From Paraspadella gotoi (taxonomy: Eukaryota; Animalia; Chaetognatha), in the NCBI GenBank assembly GCA_051294375.1, contig JBJCIZ010001358.1, positions 1-13,494 on the forward strand: DNA of 13,494 nt, given 5' to 3'. The notes below the pieces were generated by a model that did not search any database, was not told the DNA's origin, and saw only the letters and a program-made list of their open reading frames with translations. A program made the translations under genes and the position numbers. Positions 1 through 8,513 of the stretch are shown piece by piece; position 1 is the stretch's first letter; every line of letters begins with the position of its first letter.

Positions 1-157
1 AAGAACAAGAGAGGCAGCGGAGGAAGAAGAGGAGCCGGTAGGAGCGGTCTGGGGAGGAAGAGAGTGGCGCCCCGTCGGTCCGATGAACTTTACATCCCGG
101 TCCTTTTCTTCATCTGACTGAGGTACGAGATTCCGAAAGGATTTAGGATGATCACCG

Positions 158-204
158 GTGAGTGAGTGAGTGAGTGAGTGAGTGAACGTGAGTGAGTGAG
201 TGAG
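158..204. repeat. (GTGA)n microsatellite
   Basis: Directly visible, one interruption. Confidence 0.95.
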
Positions 205-1254
205 ATAGCAATGAATAAAGTTGGATGAAGAGTGAGTAAGAGATGTTTATTGGGAATGGCTGTGGCGTGGTCAATGATTAGGTAAGGTAGAAGGTGATTT
301 AAAGAGTGATTATGATTAATTAATTAATGAAATTATTAATTAATTATTCGTCGAGGTGGTTAAATAGTATAGAAAGAGTTGAACAGAATGTGTGGGATTG
401 ATTGATAGTGAAGATAATAATGCGGGTGAGTTAAGCGAGGCGGGTGATTGATTTCCGGTGAATAAGGTAAGATCGATGAGGCGGGTGATTCGTGGAGTGG
501 AAGAGTTGAGAGAAAGAGGGCGGTGACTGTGGAAAATGTGGCTTGAGTGGCTGAGTTTAATCCCCGCTGATTGGCAATGATGAATACCGTGTGATTGCTT
601 GTCGCCAATTCGACTTGCGTGAATGAGTGAGCCAAAAAGAAGAATACGAATCAGTGATAGGTCAGCGAAACTGGTTTGTTTTTCACATGCCGAGGTAAGC
701 CGCTTGTTCCGTTGGATTGCGCACGTGCGAATGTGAGCGGAACCTGATTTCCCTGATCGAAGTCGATTACGATCACGTGATTGTGAAGGAGAGGAGGAGG
801 TTGGAGGAGGAGAGAAAGGATTCACTTTTGAGCTTCGGGGAAAAAGGAATTGGTTGTTGTTATGGTTGTTGTTGTTTGTTGTCGACTAAGTAGATTTTTT
901 TTAAAATAAGAAGAATAAAGTGATTGATTATAGATCGTTAGATCGAATGTTAAGAAGTTATGTTACGTGAAATTAAGATGGAATGTGAAAGCGAGGACTC
1001 AAAAGAATACGTTCGTGGTAGATAAGATGCGTTGCTATGTAAATATTTTTAGTTTCATTGTTCTATAGTTTTATTAGGTGTAAGTGTTAAGTATACTAGA
1101 TCATGAGTAATATTATGAGATCATTCTCATTTGGTGTTTTTCGCTCTTTTAAATTATATGGGAAGAAAAAGAAAAGAAGGAAAGGATTTTGTTTTAGGGT
1201 TTGAACGAGATAATGGCGAAGGCATAAATCGGATTGAATCGAAAAAAGATTTGG

Positions 1255-1263
1255 GAGAAAGAG

Positions 1264-1311
<48 letters not shown>

Positions 1312-1672
1312 AGAGAAAGAGAGAGAGAGAAGATGAGAACAGTTGATGATTTTGAGAGATATGGATGAAGAAAAGAGATTTAGGAAAGAATAATGTGAGT
1401 TATTCTCTCCCAACAGATTTCGAAATGGAAATAGAGTCCTGTGAAAGAAGGGAGAGTTCACTTCGGGGTGAAGAGAGAGAGACAGAGAGAGTAGAGATGA
1501 GAGAGAGAGAGAGAGAGAGAACAGAGGTGAGAAAAAGAGAGAGAGAGAGAGGAGAGAGACGAGGAGAGAGAGATGAGAGAGAGAGAGAGAAGAGATCACA
1601 AAATGACAATATGACGCAGTAAAAAGAAAATTAGAATAAAAGAGAGAGAGAGAGAGACGAGAGAGAGAGAGA
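1255..1672. repeat. cluster of three imperfect (GA)n tracts (~1255-1338, 1470-1594, 1641-1672)
   Basis: Directly visible. Confidence 0.95.
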
Positions 1673-2202
1673 CAGCGTACAGCGGCGAAAAGGTACGTGA
1701 ATTCATTAATGTTCGGTTTTTCATCGCGTTTTTTTTTTTTCATCTTCTGATACTTCTTTTTAGTCCCCTCATTCCTTTTCCTCCTCTTCCTCCTCCCTTC
1801 TCCCAAACCCTTCCTCTCCATCCCACTCCATCACATCTCAACAGGCACCAACTTCACGACGGTTGTCATTCACGTCTGATCTCATTCAATCGAACTCTAC
1901 GTCCATCCTTCGTCGCCCGACGACGACCGTCGTCAAACTCGCGCCATTACCTTGCGTGCGCAGTCGTCGTCCACCGAGGCTTTACTGGGAGCGGGTGGTT
2001 TTCGAGGGTGGAGCGGAGGGGATTTGTGATTGTGGCTTGTGGCTTTTGTTAGAGCGGCTGGGAGTCGGTGAAATCTTTTTGAATTTTTTTTCATTGCATA
2101 TTGCGAAGCTAATTTGTTTACTTCATCATTATAATTATTATGAAAAACTGATTCAAAGAAAAAATACTTGTGACGTTCTTTACGCCCGTCTCCTCTTTCA
2201 TT

Positions 2203-2252
2203 TCTCTCTCTCTCTCTCCTCCTCTCTCTCTCCTCTCTCCTCCGTCTCTCTC
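2203..2252. repeat. imperfect (CT)n tract
   Basis: Directly visible. Confidence 0.9.
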
Positions 2253-2442
2253 AGAGGATTAGTCCCCTGCAGAGGCTCGTGTCTGCAGATAGAATTACTC
2301 TCTCTTTTCTCAATTTTTTTCTTCAAGTTTTCTCCTTTAATCATTTAACATTGATTAATTTATACGCTTACGGTTGCGAATCTGGAGAAAGAGAAAAGAG
2401 CCAAGGCCATCAATTTAATAAACGAAAACTCGAGGAAAGAAT

Positions 2443-2755
2443 GGATGTGTTATGGCAACAGCCGGGGTGCCTGTGATCCAATTGGCATCTCACTGTTGGC
2501 TTTGGTGAATTACGTATGTGGCTTTATAATAAGGATCGAGATTTGTGTGTCAGCTCCTTTTCGACCCAGTGACGCATCCGTCACTTGGGCGGTACCCTAG
2601 ACGGTCTCGCTGTTGCCCAACGCAGAGGGATAGTCATTAGGACTGTGGATGGAACACTACGCTGTGGATGGTGTGTTCCCCTCTGAGCCAATGATTTGCT
2701 GAACGATGGTGGAACGTGAGGCGGTATGAATATACCGCCACAAGTGTATTCTTTT
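2443..2755 (+). ncRNA. candidate structured RNA or SINE-like element, family unassigned
   Basis: Five successive stems with G-U pairs on the plus strand, a TATA-like TTTAATAAA at about -29 and TTCTTTT at the end. Confidence 0.35.
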
Positions 2756-2868
2756 AACCTTTAGCAGACTTGTCATGGCGCTGCGAATAATATTATATAA
2801 TATTCAAAAAATATTTCCCCCGTGATTTTAAAACTTCCGAGTCACGTGACCCTTTGTCCTTTGTACAG

Positions 2869-2991
2869 GTGACGCGTCGCAGCTGCATGCGCGCCTTTCC
2901 GTCAAAAAGGAGACGTCCGAAGGTCTCACGGCGGCGGTCAAAATCACTTCTACAACAGACAACATATCGATTTTCAGTGTGGCGAGATTGA
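2869..2991 (+). CDS. possible exon (DASQLHARLSVKKETSEGLTAAVKITSTTDNISIFSVARL)
   Basis: cctttgtcctttgtacag acceptor and GTGAGA donor at 2992. Its phase does not join the open frame of 3189-3304, so support is weak. Confidence 0.25.
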   Translation: MTRRSCMRAFPSKRRRPKVSRRRSKSLLQQTTYRFSVWRD

Positions 2992-2993
2992 GT

Positions 2994-3046
2994 GAGAGAG
3001 GAGAGAAAGAGATGAGAGAGAGAGAGAGAGGAGAGAAGAGAAGAGA

Positions 3047-3080
<34 letters not shown>

Positions 3081-3087
3081 GAGAGAG
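2994..3087. repeat. imperfect (GA)n tract
   Basis: Directly visible. Confidence 0.95.
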
Positions 3088-3188
3088 AAAAGAGTTTTTG
3101 ATGAAATTTTGAGAGGGAGACAGTTTTGACGATTTCTTTGATCGGCTTACGATCGGCTTCGATCTAATCTCATCTCCTCTCTCATCAG

Positions 3189-3304
3189 GCGGCGGATAAC
3201 TCTCCTCTCACGGTGAATCGTATGATCACCATGATGCTTTCGAATCAAACAGCGAATTCGTCGCCGCCGAGCATGAATCGGGGCAGAGGGGGAAAAACAT
3301 TTCT
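3189..3304 (+). CDS. putative internal exon of an unidentified host gene (AADNSPLTVNRMITMMLSNQTANSSPPSMNRGRGGKTF)
   Basis: Branch-like CTAAT, pyrimidine tract and CAG acceptor; GTGAGT donor at 3305; only one frame open. Confidence 0.45.
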
Positions 3305-3310
3305 GTGAGT

Positions 3311-3413
3311 AAGAAAAGAAAAGAAAAGAAAAGAAAAGAAAAGAAAGAAAAGAAAAGAACGAAAAGAACAGAAAAGGAAAGAAAAGAAAAGAAAAGGAAA
3401 GGAAAAAGAAGAA
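3311..3413. repeat. (GAAAA)n pentanucleotide repeat
   Basis: Directly visible, degenerating towards the right. Confidence 0.95.
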
Positions 3414-3899
3414 ATTAATAAACGTATGTAAATTAAAAAAAATAAATAATAGAAAAATATAAAATACTAATACAAATTAATAATGTGAATATGCGGAAAC
3501 GTTCGTAAAAAAACGTCAAACAACCGTCCACTATGAACAACGGGGCGTTAAACTCTCGTTACTGATGGACAAAATTCTCCCCTGACGCTTTGAAAATGTC
3601 GAGGGAAAATAATTCAGGAGACAAGTGAACGCGTCACCGATAAATCAGACGGGGATTTTTCCTACGATCGTTTACTAAGATGAGGAATGAGATATCACTG
3701 AGTCGAGTCGATTTTTGAATTGTAGACACAATCGCAGTTGTCGTAATAAATTTATGCAGCCTCGACCTATTTATTATTAGGGATAAATTAATTGGTATTG
3801 CTAAGAGGATGACACTTTGAAAATGAATTTTAAATGAGACGTCAAGGTTACGGTTAGGATTATCACACACACTTGTGAACTTATCACAGACGTCAAAAC

Positions 3900-3995
3900 G
3901 TCCAAGGAGGATCGCGGGGTGACCCTGCAGCGGTCTACTTTGGGCTCTCCGCGTCGGCTGCGGAATCGTTGCTGATCTGGTTTTAATGGCGACGA
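3900..3995 (+). ncRNA. candidate three-hairpin structured element
   Basis: Stems 3900-3945 (19 bp), 3948-3964 (6 bp) and 3966-3995 (9 bp), back to back. Confidence 0.3.
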
Positions 3996-4930
3996 GATCT
4001 TAAAAAATTCAGTGATTCAGTGATGTCAGTGATTCAGATTCAGTATTCGGTTCAGCGAAAAAACGCAAGACTTTGTATCTTTTAGTTATGATTTGCTTTT
4101 TGATAAACAAATACATATTTATTTTGAATTGTTTTCTGTTTTGTTCTGGGTTTTGTTTACTGAAAAAAATTTTCGAATGTTTTTCTATTGTTGAGAAATT
4201 GCATCTATTTCGGCCAAGGCATTCGAACATGACACAATTAATAAAAGAAAGTTAATTTTTATAATATTTATAATCTTAAATCATTTCTATTTTTATCGTT
4301 ATCATTCCTTCTCATTTCAACTCGTTTTTGCCTTTTGATTTCTCACATCTTTTTCTTTTGATTTTTCTAAGAAAGAGAATTCTATGGATCTTTCGTCGCT
4401 GTGTTCGTTGTTGTTTTTGTTGTTGTTGTTGTTGATCTTTGTCGCGTTGGAAGATGGAAGACGACGACAGGGCGGGGGGGGGGCGTGGTGGGAAAGGCGC
4501 CTTCTTGAAAAGAGAGAAAAGGAGTGTTCTAATCAATTTGAGGTTAATTCATTTGATTTTGGTTTATAATGAGTTTCATTTCAGTCGCGACACGTTTAAA
4601 ATTTATGAAAATACTTTCTTTTACAATATTGTCTTAAGCTCTGAGGAGAAGTTTTATTTATGATATATTTTGATTATTTTTGTCGTCTAAATTTTTACGA
4701 ACGAAAAGAAAAGAAACTAACAAGATATATTTTGTTAAATATTGTACATAACTTTACTGTTAAAAAAAATCCCTCCCCCTGGAAAGAAAAAAAAATCACC
4801 CGAGCGAGCTCATTCAGGCCCATAATTTTTGAATTGGATACACTTCGTAGCTGCTGTCAAATCCTTAATGTTTAAAGATTAATAAGTTCTACTTATATTT
4901 ATAGTATTCATTGTATTAAAAATATTTTTT

Positions 4931-5056
4931 TATTATTATCATTATTATATTATATTATTATTATTATTTATTATTATATTATTATTATTATTATTGATAT
5001 TATATTATTATTATTATTATTATTATATTATTGGTTATTATTATTATTATTATTAT
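4931..5056. repeat. (TAT)n trinucleotide repeat
   Basis: Directly visible. Confidence 0.95.
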
Positions 5057-5169
5057 TTGACCATCGCCCCTTTCCGAAGCTACACCTTCAATGCATCGAC
5101 GCTCCTAAATGCCGGGCTGTCCTGGTTGCTAGGCGGATCCATTTTCCCCGTACGTTTACCTCACCTTAG

Positions 5170-5275
5170 TCACAAGAAAGATCAGACGGCATGTTCTCGC
5201 GCGACGAAAAAGAAGGATGAGCTGACGTATCGTTCGATATTGGACCAACTCCCAAAAAACGGGTGGTCAAGTGAA
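5170..5275 (+). CDS. putative internal exon (HKKDQTACSRATKKKDELTYRSILDQLPKNGWSSE); alternative acceptor at 5080
   Basis: Pyrimidine tract plus TAG acceptor, consensus GTAAGT donor at 5276, complex sequence between simple repeats, phase-compatible with 3189-3304. Confidence 0.5.
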
Positions 5276-5741
5276 GTAAGTGAGCGAAGTGAAGTGAAGT
5301 GATGTGAGCGAAGTAATGAAGTGAATTGTGAAATAAGAATCCGAGTGAGCAAATGGGCAGCGTGATGCACTGTTTGGTTAGCAGGGTAAGTGAAAGAAAG
5401 AATGGATGCAGGAAAGGAGGCGTGATACAATATGCAGTATACGAATGCTATAGGATGCTGTAGTGGATGCTGTTTAAAATGCACTATCCGAATGCAGTGA
5501 AGGAATAATGTTGGAACGTTTCATTATGAAGAAATGGAAAAAAAAATGAGAAATAAAAACTAAAAAACGAAATCGTATTAAAACATAATAAAACTGATTG
5601 AAGGAGGAGGAGTTTTTGCTCTCTATTTCTCAGAATGAAATTAAAAAAAAAAAAAAAAAGAAAGTAAATTGGAGAAAAAGATTAAATATAAATAAAATCA
5701 TTAAGTTTTTTTTTGTTTTTTTTTCCTTTTTCTATACGCAG

Positions 5742-5795
5742 AACATCCCAAATGTTGGCTACAACGGTTTCCATTCGTTTGGCCCGAGTCAATAA
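5742..5795 (+). CDS. putative terminal coding exon (NIPNVGYNGFHSFGPSQ*)
   Basis: Long T-rich tract plus CAG acceptor at 5739-5741; phase 0 fits the 5275 donor; AATAAA overlaps the stop. Confidence 0.33.
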   Translation, partial: NIPNVGYNGFHSFGPSQ

Positions 5796-6019
5796 ATCCC
5801 TCTTCCTCATCTGTCGTCGTCGTCGGTCTCGTTGTCCTCCTTCCTCCTCTCTCCTCCTCCTCCTCTCAGAGCTCCTCAACGTCATTCAAGCTAATCCTAA
5901 GCTCGCGATCATCACAACAAGTGTGAGGGAAAAAAAATGGATTTTTTTTTTTTAAAATTATAAAAGAAAAAAGGAAAAGGTGAAGAAAATAAAAGATTCA
6001 AATAAAATAGGCGAGAATA

Positions 6020-6023
6020 GAGA

Positions 6024-6056
<33 letters not shown>

Positions 6057-6163
6057 CATGAGAGAGAGGAGAGAGAGAGAAGAGAGAGAGAAGAGAGAGA
6101 GAGAGAGGAGAGACAGAGAGAGAGAGAGAGAGAGAAGAGAGAGAGCAGGAGAGAGAGAGAGAG
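6020..6163. repeat. imperfect (GA)n tract
   Basis: Directly visible. Confidence 0.95.
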
Positions 6164-6466
6164 CGATGATTTCTCTTCCATGCAAATGGATTTTTCGGTA
6201 GATTTATTTTTCTTCTTTATTTTTCGGAGTTGTGGGACGCGTCCACAACAAGAGGGGAGGGAGGGAGGGGGCGGGTTATGTGAGACGCGTTCACGTGAGA
6301 AACGTTGACAAATTCGCGAAATGGAAAAAGGATTCCCTGCATTTCTTTCGTTTTAAACCTTTTTTCTTTTTTTTGTGGGGAAAGGGGAAAACCCATTTCT
6401 TCTCTTAAATGGTAGATAATGCAAATATGAGAGGAAAAAAAAATCACTTTTCTCTTAGGTAAAGAC

Positions 6467-6536
6467 CTCTCTCTCTCTCTCTCCTCTCTCTCTCATCTTC
6501 TCTCTTTCTTTTCTTCTCTCGTCTCTCTCTCCTCTC
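6467..6536. repeat. imperfect (CT)n tract ending at a CAG (6537-6539)
   Basis: Directly visible. Confidence 0.9.
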
Positions 6537-7465
6537 CAGGTTTTTATAATATATGCAATTGTTGCTTCACTTTCTTTCACAATGCTTTAAATTTTTTTTT
6601 TTGGAAAAGTAATTAATTCAAATATTTATGCTAATGCATTTAAAAATAACAATTTTTTGAACAGTATAAGGAGGTTCGTTTAGATTGTTTCCTTACTGAA
6701 AAATATAAAATAAATATTTGTTTTAATAACATAAAATTTACGAAAACAAATGAGATCATTTTGTTTGCCCTATTTTGCCAGGAACTTTTTTATTGTCAAT
6801 CTGGTAGCATCATAATGGCATCAAATGAATCAAATCTAACTGCTGAAGAACGACTCTGTTTAATTCAACTTTGAACCAAAACCTTTTGAAATAAAAAATC
6901 GATATTTATTGCCTCTGCATACATATCTCCTGGCTCGAATAATTTCACCCATTCAAGAAGCCGAAAATCTCGTCAACTACGACGACGTCGTTGTCGCTCG
7001 TCTTCATCGTTGTCACGTCTCATCGTCGTCGGGTCTGAGACGATTTCTCGACAGGTTTTTATCTGTCGACGCGAGAATTTTCGTCCTGGTGGTCATATTA
7101 AATCAAGAGCGGAGATGCTGGGGTCAGGATGACGTGATGATGTTGCTGGAGTGGGGCGAAATTGAGGGAAGGGGTTAATGAATGGAGCTCAAAGCTCTGC
7201 AGTGATGTATTGAACTTAAAGATGTGGGATAAACCTTAAATTTAAATTTTTTCGATGTATTAGATTGATGTATAAGGGAAAACCTAACTAGCAGTTAAAA
7301 CGATCTCCGGCAGGAGAGACTCGTGATAAGAGAGCGAAAAATAATTGTTTGGTCGGAATAGAAAAGAAAAAAAAACTGATTGTAAATTGTCGGTTTATTC
7401 CAAATATTTCAGGAATCCATGTCTGTGGGACCAGGAGAAGAACTTCACTCTAAACAAAGATTCAA

Positions 7466-7545
7466 TTTTTTTAGCGAGCTTCCTTCGCGCCGAAGCGACT
7501 CTATACTAAGACAATTGAGTGTCGGTTGGTCGGTCGGTCCATCGG
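7466..7545 (+). mobile_element. possible terminus of a DINE-1/HINE-like (Helentron-associated) non-autonomous element
   Basis: T-run start, short inverted repeat cttcg/cgaag (7483-7495), then a (GTCG/GTTG/GTCC)n microsatellite at 7521-7545; architecture resemblance only. Confidence 0.3.
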
Positions 7546-7786
7546 TTTTTTTAGGAGATTTTATATCAAAAATACAAATAACCGAGTAATTTTGAAATCA
7601 TTCGCCTCCCAACCCAAAAATCCCGGGGTTGTGGCAGGGTCCTCGAGTCAGCCACAAGCGTAACGTAGGGGCGAGGCCGTGAACATGAGTGGCACGGCTT
7701 CCTAAGACTTAGACGTCAAAATAGACAATGAGATGTCTATTGAAAGGACAGACGCGTGCACGGAAGCCGGGTCAGCGTGATTCGAA

Positions 7787-7792
7787 TTTATT
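7787..7792 (-). terminator. candidate LTR polyadenylation signal (AATAAA)
   Basis: AATAAA on the element strand ~160 bp before the LTR end, just upstream of the GC-richer U5-like part; motif match only. Confidence 0.45.
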
Positions 7793-8114
7793 GTTAATTT
7801 AATGTTCCAATGCATTAATTTACTGAGTTAAGCTATTTTGTATCACTTGTTCAATGATATTCAGTTACATGTAAGATAAGATAAAACGAAGATGTGATAA
7901 ATTGCGAGAAATAAAACATTTACTTCATTTAGAAGAATGAAACTCATGAGCTGATAATATTTCAGTGAACAATCATCAGTAAGTGTAAGACAATCATTTA
8001 ACAAAAAGTATAAACATCACAGAGACATCTTTCTGAGGATCAAAGTTTTCTTCTTTTGTAGGACAAAAGGTTTCCAATCTTTGAAAGGCTTTTTTGTTGA
8101 AGATTCATACTTTC

Positions 8115-8120
8115 TTTATA
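8115..8120 (-). promoter_or_regulatory. candidate LTR TATA box (TATAAA)
   Basis: TATAAAG on the element strand ~140 bp into the LTR; motif match only. Confidence 0.4.
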
Positions 8121-8260
8121 GTCATGGCCTGCATTGATGGTTTCTGTGATATGGAAATCCTTGCAAGGCTCTGATCTCGCAATGTCCTAGGTTCGAATCC
8201 TTGGGTGGAGCGGATTTATTTTATTTTTCCTAAGAACATCTCCACTCGAGAGGCCGCATG

Positions 8261-8270
8261 CCCCCCTGTT
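8261..8270 (-). promoter_or_regulatory. polypurine tract (AACAGGGGGG)
   Basis: G6 run 2 nt before the TGCGGC start of the 3' LTR on the minus strand. Confidence 0.72.
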
Positions 8271-8513
8271 GAAATATATATTAATATATCTCAATAATAT
8301 GTTGTCGTCTCTTGAGTGATGTATGAATATGCTAATAAGATTATAAATAAAATATCTTCCATAAATAGACGTTGACCGACTTGATATATAAAATATCAAA
8401 ATTTAACAAAATCGAAAAATTAAAAAAATTGTAAAATATCGAGAATCTAAAATGACAAAATCAAAACAAACAAAACAGAAATATATATACACGAAACACC
8501 AGGCTGTCGGGTT

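Larger units (their letters stand above)
7630..8258 (-). repeat. 3' LTR (~629 bp)
   Basis: 7630-7669 matches 13455-13494. Termini are TG...CA with an imperfect inverted repeat (tgtggc ... gccgca). The 8258 boundary is inferred from that repeat and the adjacent PPT, because the matching part of the other LTR is outside the window. Confidence 0.8.

Noticed and set aside
340-825. 161-aa minus-strand ORF
   Set aside because: GTG start, Ser-rich, no recognisable motif; nearby splice-like signals are on the plus strand.
1096-1821. 241-aa minus-strand ORF and overlapping SLSL/ERER ORFs (also 5912-6185)
   Set aside because: Translations of (GA)n/(CT)n microsatellites, which lack stop codons.
2461-2479. 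gccggggtgcctgtgatcc resembles the start of the SRP (7SL) Alu domain
   Set aside because: No conserved S-domain helix 8 motif downstream.
2593-2790. Telomerase RNA or HDV-like ribozyme reading of the structured island
   Set aside because: ACCCTA is too short for a template and the nested HDV P1/P2/P3/P1.1 pairing could not be built on either strand.
3845-3858. aggttacggttagg as an interstitial TTAGG telomeric repeat
   Set aside because: Only two imperfect units; compatible with chance.
5219-5275. LPKNGWSSE recalls the N-terminal LPxxGW segment of some PLP-dependent enzymes such as sphingosine-1-phosphate lyase
   Set aside because: Too short, and neighbouring candidate exons do not continue such a sequence.
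8187-8513. Possible env or third ORF after pol
   Set aside because: Only ~240 AT-rich bp lie between the pol stop and the PPT; the 70-aa ORF crosses into the LTR and has no env features.
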